From a virus, in IMG/VR virus record IMGVR_UViG_3300042286_000057: 40,373 nt of DNA. One strand, written 5' to 3'. The notes below the pieces were generated by a model. It had not been told where the DNA came from, made no database searches, and saw only the letters and a program-made list of their open reading frames with translations. This document shows, one piece after another, positions 14,910 through 21,705 of the stretch. The number at the start of each line of letters is the position of its first letter. The stretch's first letter is position 1. A program made the position numbers and the translations under genes.

Positions 14910-15390
14910 CCTCCAACTCCCCAGCCCGCAACGCGGACGCCACAATATCGATCATGTCTTGCTCGCGTGTTTTGTGCCCACGACCGCCGGGCTGCAACGC
15001 CTTCTTGACCAGGTGCTGCAATGCCGGATTTTGCACGCGCCAGGCGTGTAGCACGTCGTACACGTCCACCCAGACGCCGGGCTTGATTTCGCGGTGGTAC
15101 TTACTGTGGACTCCTTCGGGTACGCTTTGGCCCCACTCCTGCGCCGGCGCGGCTTCCTCTTCCTCCGTCATAACCAGCCCCAAGTCTCGGCGGGCTTGGA
15201 GCCATTGGGCTTTGGTGTATTCGACAGAATAGGGGCGAACTCTCCTGATATAGTCAGGCTCCCTTCCGTCGTCGTTAATTCCATTCCAGCCAACCGCCCA
15301 TAAACTGCCCTTTGGCTTTAATGGCCACTTGCTCACATTCTTCGCGAGCCATTTAAGGTCTGGGTGCATATCATTACTCATACCCGCCAC
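14902..15390 (-). CDS. DUF3310-like protein (162 aa)
   Basis: The C-terminal VDVYDVLHAWRVQNPALQHLVKKALQPGGRGHKTREQDMIDIVASALRA resembles the SaV/DUF3310 pattern. Confidence 0.75.
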   Translation of the reverse strand: MAGMSNDMHPDLKWLAKNVSKWPLKPKGSLWAVGWNGINDDGREPDYIRRVRPYSVEYTKAQWLQARRDLGLVMTEEEEAAPAQEWGQSVPEGVHSKYHREIKPGVWVDVYDVLHAWRVQNPALQHLVKKALQPGGRGHKTREQDMIDIVASALRAGELEGE

Positions 15391-15641
15391 CCCTTAGCCA
15401 GCTCGATCAACTCCGGCACGCTCTTATGTTCGCACCCCTCCGGCAGTCGCCCAGACTCAACCGCCAGCGCCGTAACAGCGCTGCGCAGCTTGCCAAACTT
15501 GGACAAGTTGGGGCTTACCCCATGCCCGCGCCACCGCGACCAGTTCGACGGCGCGATGCCCGCCCTGGCGGATGCCTCGTAAACGCCGACGGCGGTCAGC
15601 CTCATCAGCTCCGCCAGCTCTTTAACCTCTTTGTCTGCCAT
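15378..15641 (-). CDS. putative HTH regulator (87 aa), first gene of the leftward operon
   Basis: YEASARAGIAPSNWSRWRGHGVSP is an HTH-like segment. The SD is AGAGGA. The gene sits directly downstream of a divergent promoter pair. Confidence 0.7.
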   Translation of the reverse strand: MADKEVKELAELMRLTAVGVYEASARAGIAPSNWSRWRGHGVSPNLSKFGKLRSAVTALAVESGRLPEGCEHKSVPELIELAKGWRV

Positions 15642-15672
15642 TTCGGTTCCTCTTTGTTGGTTGACGGATGGA

Positions 15673-15701
15673 AGTATGGATCATCTACAGCATAGCGTCA
15701 A
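15673..15701 (-). promoter_or_regulatory. sigma70-like promoter (leftward)
   Basis: The minus strand reads TTGACG (15701-15696), a 17-nt spacer, then CATACT (15678-15673). Confidence 0.5.
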
Positions 15702-15726
15702 GGCTAAAATAAATTGCTTTTTAGTG

Positions 15727-15755
15727 TTGACCGTATTGCTTTTGGGTCATACAAT
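15727..15755 (+). promoter_or_regulatory. near-consensus sigma70 promoter (rightward)
   Basis: TTGACC (15727-15732), a 17-nt spacer, then TACAAT (15750-15755). It lies 40 nt upstream of the ATG at 15795. Confidence 0.7.
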
Positions 15756-15794
15756 GGAGCCATCAAATCGAGATACAACGGCGGAGAGATAGAG

Positions 15795-16061
15795 ATGAAA
15801 AAGGTAGGCGGCAACAACTCAGCTCTGAGAGCGCTTGGCGACCGGAATCAAATTACTTACAACCTGATGGCGGATGTAGTCGGCGGAGTGAGGCTGCTCG
15901 ACGTGGATATTGCCGAGGACTACCTGGAAATTTATGAGGCAATCGACGGCGAGGATTTTTATAACAGCTTGGCCGACTGCGGGGAAGATCAGGTTGTGAT
16001 CTGCTATGACGTAAGCCAGTACTGGAAAGACAAAATTGAGGCCGAGTACGGCATCAACTAA
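15795..16061 (+). CDS. hypothetical strongly acidic early protein (88 aa)
   Basis: ATG 15795 has a GGAGAG SD. The protein has 18 D/E against 7 K/R. The frame is that of track ORF 15714..16061. Confidence 0.75.
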   Translation: MKKVGGNNSALRALGDRNQITYNLMADVVGGVRLLDVDIAEDYLEIYEAIDGEDFYNSLADCGEDQVVICYDVSQYWKDKIEAEYGIN

Positions 16062-16068
16062 GCTAAAC

Positions 16069-16085
16069 GCCGCCCTTCGGGCGGC
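16069..16085 (+). other. GC-rich stem-loop after the first early gene (no T-tract)
   Basis: GCCGCCC-TTC-GGGCGGC. Confidence 0.4.
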
Positions 16086-16115
16086 AACACCACCAACGGA
16101 AACGGGAGAAACCCA

Positions 16116-16343
16116 ATGACCACCCCACAACACCCCTACCACATCCAGCAAGCCAGCGAGCTGCTGGAAACTGGAAAGTGCCAGCTACCGGTTGACTGGT
16201 CAGACTTGGCGCGCCGGGTAGCGGCGCACCAGCATTACTCGCGAGCATTGCAGGCCAGTTACAAGGGCAACCCCCGGCTGCTGAAACTGATCACTGAAAA
16301 CGCGGCAATTGCGCTGTGTATGGATTTTGACCGTGAACTATAA
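16116..16343 (+). CDS. hypothetical protein (75 aa)
   Basis: Track ORF with a GGGAGAA SD. Confidence 0.7.
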   Translation: MTTPQHPYHIQQASELLETGKCQLPVDWSDLARRVAAHQHYSRALQASYKGNPRLLKLITENAAIALCMDFDREL

Positions 16344-16515
16344 CCCCATAATCGACATCGCCCTACTCGGCACTGCACTGACCATCGTTGGCCTTATTAT
16401 CCACGCCACGCAAAAGCCGAAGCGCGGTGCAACACCGGAGCCTGACCGAAAAAAGCTGGAAGAACATCAGGCCATCCGACGGCTGATTGCGGAGGATAAG
16501 CGCCATGGGCTTTGA
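16309..16515 (+). CDS. small single-pass membrane protein (start uncertain: TTG 16309 or GTG 16333)
   Basis: IIDIALLGTALTIVGLIIHA is a hydrophobic segment followed by a basic tail. Confidence 0.6.
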   Translation: MRCVWILTVNYNPIIDIALLGTALTIVGLIIHATQKPKRGATPEPDRKKLEEHQAIRRLIAEDKRHGL

Positions 16516-17173
16516 GTATCAGCGCCACGAAGAACGGGGAATTGAAACAGGTGTATTTATGAGCATGAGAGCTGAGTTTGAGAAGCGCTTTACGGTACCC
16601 AAGGACGCATGCTGGGATGAGCAATGCCAGAGCTACTGGTGGGACACCAGCCCCGGTGTTTTCCATCCTTTTAACGAGTCCTGGCTGATCTGGAAAGAGG
16701 CGTGCGAATGGCAGGTCTCCGCACTACATGGTGAGGAAATCCACGTGAACGTCGAAGGCGACGACGTTTACATGCTGCCGCTCCAGCCGTCCGGCATGGA
16801 GTCGCCCAGGTTTGTAGTGCATGTGCCGGCGGTGTCGCATCTGGAGTGGAGCCACACGCTGCTGGACGGTGAACCCGTCACCCTGAGCGAAGCGGAAGAA
16901 GCCGTTGCCAAACTCGGCGAAGGCTGGCGCCTGCCCACCAGGCAGGAACTGGAAAGCTTGCTCGATCTGTCCCGCCACGATCCGGCCATCGACACCAGCA
17001 AATACCCGGATACCAAAAGCTGCGCCTACTGGACCAGCACACCATGCGCCCGGGATAGCGCCGGCCGCTGGGTGGTCTATTTCGGCAGCGGCAGTGTCAG
17101 CGACTACGGCCGCAACGGCTACGCCTGCGTGCGGGCGGTTCGTGACGTGGAGGAGGGCCAAGGCGATGAGTGA
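16505..17173 (+). CDS. DUF1566 (Lcl C-terminal-like) domain protein (222 aa)
   Basis: GWRLPTRQELESLLD...YWTSTP...WVVYFGSGSVSDYGRNGYACVRAVR. ATG 16505 follows a GGAGGA SD. The track ORF starts at 16487. Confidence 0.8.
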   Translation: MGFEYQRHEERGIETGVFMSMRAEFEKRFTVPKDACWDEQCQSYWWDTSPGVFHPFNESWLIWKEACEWQVSALHGEEIHVNVEGDDVYMLPLQPSGMESPRFVVHVPAVSHLEWSHTLLDGEPVTLSEAEEAVAKLGEGWRLPTRQELESLLDLSRHDPAIDTSKYPDTKSCAYWTSTPCARDSAGRWVVYFGSGSVSDYGRNGYACVRAVRDVEEGQGDE

Positions 17174-17540
17174 TTTCGTTTGGCCGTCAGGCGAGCACAG
17201 GGCCGAAAACCGGGAGCTTGATTACGTGTGCGATTACCTGGAAGACACGCTCGACAAACTCGATGCCCTGCGCGCTCTGTACGAAAGCACCAGTGTGGAG
17301 CTAAGGAAGGCCCTGGTGCGGGTGGCGGAACTTGAGCGTGATGTCGAAGAGCTGGAGGCATTGCGGGCGCCCGTTATTCTCCGCAAGCAGGCCGAGGCGT
17401 TGGAGGCGATGGCCGAGAAAATTCGGAACGACACTCGGGGCACTAATACCCTTTGGGAGATGTTGATTGTCATGGACGTGGAGGCACAAGAGCTGCGCAA
17501 AAAGGCCGAAGTCGCCGAGCGGGTGGGAGGTGAGAAGTGA
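17166..17540 (+). CDS. hypothetical coiled-coil protein, paralogue A (124 aa)
   Basis: ATG 17166 overlaps the upstream stop. It shares the LY.S..VEL.KA..RV.EL / LRKQAEA.E / LRK.AE.AER blocks with the next gene. Confidence 0.75.
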   Translation: MSDFVWPSGEHRAENRELDYVCDYLEDTLDKLDALRALYESTSVELRKALVRVAELERDVEELEALRAPVILRKQAEALEAMAEKIRNDTRGTNTLWEMLIVMDVEAQELRKKAEVAERVGGEK

Positions 17541-18043
17541 AATACCATGCACCAACCAAGCAATTCACGGTATCGCAAAATGGAGTTCTTGATATGAAAG
17601 TCGGTATGAGAATCTTGCTTAGAAACGAAGCCAACCCGGGCATCCGATTGGAGTTTCACAACTACCTCCCAGTCCCATTCCGGGTCCAGGACAGTGAAGA
17701 AAACGAGTACTGGTACGAAGACCTTGAAGATGCCATCGACCAATTCGAGACCATCAATCAGTTTGAAACCCTGTACAAAAGCGCCAGGGTGGAGCTGGGG
17801 AAGGCCCGGGCGCGGGTGTCGGAGCTTGCAACAAAGGCTTCAGAGCCCTACGTCCTCCGCAAGCAGGCCGAGGCGGTGGAGCAATGCTGGAGCGATATCG
17901 CAGAGATGGTGTTTTCAACGGAGGTTCGGACGCCGGAGGGCGCGTTTACTAAAGCGGCGGGGTATTGCGCAGAATACTCCCTGCGCCTGCGCAAACAAGC
18001 CGAAGCCGCCGAACGGGCACGAGAGGATGGAGGCAACGGATGA
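17537..18043 (+). CDS. hypothetical coiled-coil protein, paralogue B (168 aa; alternative start ATG 17594)
   Basis: Track ORF. It shares a 21-nt identical stretch with paralogue A (17379-17399 = 17855-17875). Confidence 0.75.
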   Translation: MKYHAPTKQFTVSQNGVLDMKVGMRILLRNEANPGIRLEFHNYLPVPFRVQDSEENEYWYEDLEDAIDQFETINQFETLYKSARVELGKARARVSELATKASEPYVLRKQAEAVEQCWSDIAEMVFSTEVRTPEGAFTKAAGYCAEYSLRLRKQAEAAERAREDGGNG

Positions 18044-18174
18044 TGGACGCCGAGGGCAGAGAAGGCGCTGAAACGGCATCTGAAGAAATCGCCCGGCTGA
18101 GGTCGAAGCTTGCCGGTGCCCGCCATCTCCTGTTCGTGGCTGGTCCGGATGCTCGAATCACGACTGCATCGTAA
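18040..18174 (+). CDS. hypothetical 44-aa peptide
   Basis: ATG 18040 overlaps the upstream stop (ATGA). The frame is that of track ORF 17965..18174. Confidence 0.4.
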   Translation: MMDAEGREGAETASEEIARLRSKLAGARHLLFVAGPDARITTAS

Positions 18175-18191
18175 CCGGTCCGAAAACAGGT

Positions 18192-18350
18192 ATGGGCACA
18201 AACGGTTCGTGTACGTGCATTCAATATGCCAATAGGGGTCAGCTCTCTTTATTGGCAGGGCGCCTAGCGGCTTTCCTGGGTGACGCTGAGCAGTCGTCAA
18301 AGGGGTACGGATTTGGATCAAGTGATCACCAGACCTGGGAGTGCGAGTGA
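18192..18350 (+). CDS. hypothetical 52-aa peptide
   Basis: Starts MGTNGSCTCIQYANRG. Weak SD. Below the track cutoff. Confidence 0.3.
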   Translation: MGTNGSCTCIQYANRGQLSLLAGRLAAFLGDAEQSSKGYGFGSSDHQTWECE

Positions 18351-18520
18351 TGACCCCGGTATCCAAAACCCTGCCGCCCGTCGGCGTGCAAGTCTGGGTA
18401 AAGTACGACAACGGGCGCGAAGGCATTAACTGGATAGAGCACCTGATTGGCGGCTTTTTCTGGTGCGAAGATGAGGGCAATGTCGTGGAGTGGTGTTATT
18501 TGTCTGAGGTGGGACGGTGA
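18350..18520 (+). CDS. hypothetical 56-aa protein (DUF551-like pattern)
   Basis: The ATG overlaps the upstream TGA. Translates MTPVSKTLPPVGVQVWVKYDNGREGINWIEHLIGGFFWCEDEGNVVEWCYLSEVGR. Confidence 0.45.
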   Translation: MTPVSKTLPPVGVQVWVKYDNGREGINWIEHLIGGFFWCEDEGNVVEWCYLSEVGR

Positions 18521-18526
18521 GTCGCA

Positions 18527-18820
18527 TTAACCGTCCGACGACTCAGGCTTAAAAAGCTGCATCATGCGCGCGCGGTGCAGCTCCGCCTCTCTTTGCTCTC
18601 TGGCGCGCTCGCGTTCGTTGCGTTTTCGCTGGTAGTGGAAATTGACGACAAAGGTTAAGATGCCAAGCACCAGGGTGATGCCCATCACCCACTGATTGAA
18701 GGTAATCGCCCCAAAGGTAAAGCCTGCTGCGTTTGCGGTATAGGATGCCTGCGGGGCTAGAGACTCTAACTTGACGTGCAAATTAGGGGCGGCGTTTTCT
18801 ATGAAATTTCTGAGCGACAT
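18527..18820 (-). CDS. single-pass membrane protein with a highly charged C-terminal tail (97 aa)
   Basis: The TM segment is WVMGITLVLGILTFVVNF, followed by QRKRNERERAREQREAELHRAR. It has holin-like or exclusion-like topology, but it lies outside the lysis cassette. Confidence 0.75.
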   Translation of the reverse strand: MSLRNFIENAAPNLHVKLESLAPQASYTANAAGFTFGAITFNQWVMGITLVLGILTFVVNFHYQRKRNERERAREQREAELHRARMMQLFKPESSDG

Positions 18821-18898
18821 AATGCACTGGCTCGCGTGTCAATTGGTGGCGTTTATGATTAGGATTGTATCGCATATATGGGCGGTTTTCGATCCTGA

Positions 18899-20056
18899 TT
18901 AACTCGACAGCATAGATGGCTTAACAAAGTTGCTGGCAACGTGACCGTGCTCTTTATGATAAGTCATGCAGTCAACGGCTCTATCTGAAATGTAGCCGCC
19001 ATGACTTGCGTGAGCGTCCCTAGCTGCCATTGTCTGATGCTGATACACCGTCATGCCGCTACGCTCTTTCGTCTCCATGTGATGCCTGTGGCCGGTGTGC
19101 GCGTGACGGTATTTTGTGGCGCCCCAGATTTCAGGGAATTGAGACGCAAAAAGTAGCGGTAGTTCGTGATTTGGCTTTTTGTGCCCGTGATGCCAGCCCA
19201 GCATCACTTTTCCGAACTGGTATGCGTAGTACGGTATTTCTGTGTCTATGATCTCAACTCGAGGTTCGTTGATATAGAGCGCGGCAAACATCTTCCGCAT
19301 CCACATGCTCGAGACGATGTTGTGATTACCTTCCGCCATAAGGCAAATAACTTTCTTGTGACGCTTTAGCGCCTCATCAATAAACCGCCGCCTAATCCTG
19401 ATGCTGGTTTCTATGATCTTCGGGAATCTTCCGTCTGCGTCCAATTGGTAACGATTAGTCGGAGTTACTGCATCGAACCCGTCGAAATGCTCAAAGTCGC
19501 CAAGCTCGCCAACAATTGCGTACTCTGAATTTGGAGCGCCGTCCATCATTGCTATAAATGCGCCAACCAGCGTTTCTTCTGCTATTTTCAGATCCCAATC
19601 AGCTCCGCCCTCTCTATGCCATGCCAGCATGCCTACGTGACAATCGGTTAGAGTGTAAAGATTCAGAAGGTCCGAGTTTAGTTGCCGCTTTGGCTTTTTG
19701 ATCGGGGAGGATGGCGGGATTTCTTTTGATAGTTCTGCTACTGCGGCCTGCATCAACTCCAACTGCCGTTCTGCGTCCTGGTTCGTCTTAACCCATTGCA
19801 GAACCGGCTGGCCTTCTTTGTATAGCGTTGATGTCCCTTTGACTGCGTAGCCGTCAGGTACGGTATGGCGCATATCGTGCTCGGGCGCATGGCCTTTCTT
19901 GGCCGCTCTGGCGCGTATCGTGCGCATGGCCTTCCGTATGTTTCCCGGGTCTGCGCCCACCTTCTCGGCAATCTGCGCGCTTGATAGTCCTTCATCCATC
20001 AGGCGCCCGATTTCTTTCTGTCTCTCTGAGTTGGCATAATCGACAAAACCAGCCAT
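18899..20056 (-). CDS. HTH domain fused to a calcineurin-like metallophosphoesterase (385 aa from ATG 20056)
   Basis: The N-terminal LSSAQIAEKVGADPGNIRKAMRTIRARAAKKG is an HTH. The ordered MPP motifs are DCH, GDFEHFD, GNH, HHGH and GHRHH. ATG 20056 has an ACGGAG SD. The track ORF extends to 20149. Confidence 0.85.
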   Translation of the reverse strand: MAGFVDYANSERQKEIGRLMDEGLSSAQIAEKVGADPGNIRKAMRTIRARAAKKGHAPEHDMRHTVPDGYAVKGTSTLYKEGQPVLQWVKTNQDAERQLELMQAAVAELSKEIPPSSPIKKPKRQLNSDLLNLYTLTDCHVGMLAWHREGGADWDLKIAEETLVGAFIAMMDGAPNSEYAIVGELGDFEHFDGFDAVTPTNRYQLDADGRFPKIIETSIRIRRRFIDEALKRHKKVICLMAEGNHNIVSSMWMRKMFAALYINEPRVEIIDTEIPYYAYQFGKVMLGWHHGHKKPNHELPLLFASQFPEIWGATKYRHAHTGHRHHMETKERSGMTVYQHQTMAARDAHASHGGYISDRAVDCMTYHKEHGHVASNFVKPSMLSS

Positions 20057-20114
20057 CGCAAGCGCTCCGTTATGAGTAGTAGCCCGTAGTATAGCCTTAG
20101 TAGGCATATAACAA

Positions 20115-20138
20115 CAAAAAAGGCGCATATCAGCGCCC
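20115..20138 (-). terminator. intrinsic terminator ending the late operon
   Basis: The minus strand reads GGCGC-TGATAT-GCGCC followed by TTTTTTG, immediately after the o-spanin gene. Confidence 0.75.
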
Positions 20139-20176
20139 GTTCTGTCCACAGTACCAATTTGGGTATCATCGTACCT

Positions 20177-20425
20177 TTATTGGGACTGGTAGAATTGTCG
20201 TTCAGCCCGCTGCTTTTCATTGCACTTCAGCAGGCTTTGCCACAGCTCAAACGACCAGTCGTAATAGTCGCCAAGTGTGCCGCCGTTGCGGGGAGGGATT
20301 TCACAGTCAGCCATCCACGCCGGTTCTGGCTTTATCATCACTGTTTCCGTCTTCACGTTGCGGCCCAAACTGCAAGCTGTCATCGAGATGCAAAGCCATG
20401 CACTCACTAGTAACCTTGTCCACAT
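20177..20425 (-). CDS. o-spanin (outer-membrane lipoprotein, 82 aa from ATG 20425)
   Basis: The signal and lipobox read MWTRLLVSAWLCISMTAC. The gene starts inside the i-spanin gene in another frame and extends beyond it, which is the overlapped architecture. Confidence 0.8.
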   Translation of the reverse strand: MWTRLLVSAWLCISMTACSLGRNVKTETVMIKPEPAWMADCEIPPRNGGTLGDYYDWSFELWQSLLKCNEKQRAERQFYQSQ

Positions 20426-20726
20426 TCTTTCTGGCCTCCTGTATCGCAAACCGATAGGCCCGCTCGCTTCGTTCAAGTTGCTGAGCTCTGCGTTGCTGTT
20501 CGGTTAGTGCCTGCTGGCGCTGTTCACTGATCTTGCTCAACTGCTCAAGCCTTGCGTTTTGGATGGCAATCGTCTCTTCTTGAGCCACCGCCCGCTGCTC
20601 AAGCCCGCCAAACTCCTTGAGTTCAGTCCAGAACCAATAAGCGGCGCCACCAGCCACCACCAACAGGGCAATGGCGAGGTAGCCGCTAAACGGTGTTGCC
20701 GCGAATCGTTGAATTAGCTTTAGCAT
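20307..20726 (-). CDS. i-spanin (139 aa from ATG 20726)
   Basis: The N-terminal TM is GYLAIALLVVAGGAAYWFW, followed by a long coiled-coil region. The SD is AGGAG. Confidence 0.8.
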   Translation of the reverse strand: MLKLIQRFAATPFSGYLAIALLVVAGGAAYWFWTELKEFGGLEQRAVAQEETIAIQNARLEQLSKISEQRQQALTEQQRRAQQLERSERAYRFAIQEARKNVDKVTSECMALHLDDSLQFGPQREDGNSDDKARTGVDG

Positions 20727-20886
20727 TCTCTCGCTCCTGAAGCCATTTATACAACCCAAACACCCCGGCATTCATAACAAGGAATTCTTCATGCGCTGCC
20801 GGGTTGGTTATCACGATATACGTACACAGCACGCAGTACCAGAATATCAGGATTTCGTTGGCGGCGTTTTTAAGGATATCCATCAC
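20686..20886 (-). CDS. putative holin (66 aa)
   Basis: The hydrophobic segment ILIFWYCVLCTYIVI. It sits between the endolysin and the spanins, and its start overlaps the endolysin stop (ATGA). Confidence 0.5.
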   Translation of the reverse strand: MMDILKNAANEILIFWYCVLCTYIVITNPAAHEEFLVMNAGVFGLYKWLQERENAKANSTIRGNTV

Positions 20887-21293
20887 TCCACCAGCTCAAA
20901 ATGCACAAGATCATCAAAATCGTTATCAGCCACTTCCGTGTCACGGTCCCAGTCGCCGCCCCATCGCAGCCGATGCGTTATCATGCCTTCGTCGTGCAGC
21001 ACCTGGGCCACGCCCATGACATACCCAGCGAACAGGATCATCCGCTCCCTATCCTTCCAGTCGATAGGGTATGGCGCCGCATCAACCGCCATGCTGGGCG
21101 TTTTGTTGTGCTTTCCGTTCGGCCATTTAACCCTTGATTTGCCGGAGTTGTACGCCTCCATTTGTGCGGCCTTGCCCCTGTGACCGCACAGAATCGAGTT
21201 GTCGAAATGACTGATAACCGTGTTAAATATTAGCTGCAAGTCCTTGTGGCAAGTGTTCAGCCTGGCCTTGCTGGTGTCGCTGTACCTTGGCAT
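20883..21293 (-). CDS. endolysin, peptidase M15 (L-Ala-D-Glu / D,D-peptidase type), 136 aa from ATG 21293
   Basis: CGHRGKAAQ...SMAVDAAPYP...RWGGDWD...DLVHFE is the M15 Zn-peptidase pattern. The SD is GGGAGG. Confidence 0.85.
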   Translation of the reverse strand: MPRYSDTSKARLNTCHKDLQLIFNTVISHFDNSILCGHRGKAAQMEAYNSGKSRVKWPNGKHNKTPSMAVDAAPYPIDWKDRERMILFAGYVMGVAQVLHDEGMITHRLRWGGDWDRDTEVADNDFDDLVHFELVE

Positions 21294-21357
21294 ACCGCCT
21301 CCCGCTAAACACTCGCCCCGCAACAGGGGCAGGTAGACTCTGACGGCTTAAAGTATC

Positions 21358-21651
21358 TCATGCCACCCTCTCGGCGGTCTCGAACAGCTCATCCAGCTGC
21401 TCGTCGGAGAGCCCGACTGCCCCGGCCATGGCTGAGATAAGCGGACTCAGGCGCACGAAGCTGGCTTCCTGCCAGGCCAATTTAATCATTGGATCGTCGG
21501 AGTCCGAGACCGCTTGCTCTATGTCATCGAGCAAACCCGCCTGCATTAGCGCAGCCTTTGCCTGGAATCGAGTCACCTTCATGGCCTCTCGACGCTTTCT
21601 TAGCGCCCACTCTTCGTGGGTTTCGACTGCTGTTTCTTCAATGTTTTCCAT
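21358..21651 (-). CDS. hypothetical acidic protein downstream of the fibre gene (97 aa; possible fibre assembly factor)
   Basis: Track ORF with an AGGAGC SD. The functional suggestion rests on position only. Confidence 0.7.
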   Translation of the reverse strand: MENIEETAVETHEEWALRKRREAMKVTRFQAKAALMQAGLLDDIEQAVSDSDDPMIKLAWQEASFVRLSPLISAMAGAVGLSDEQLDELFETAERVA

Positions 21652-21705
21652 GTTTAGCTCCTAACGCCCTGCTACCGCAGGGCAAACAGATTGCAGGGTT
21701 ACGGA

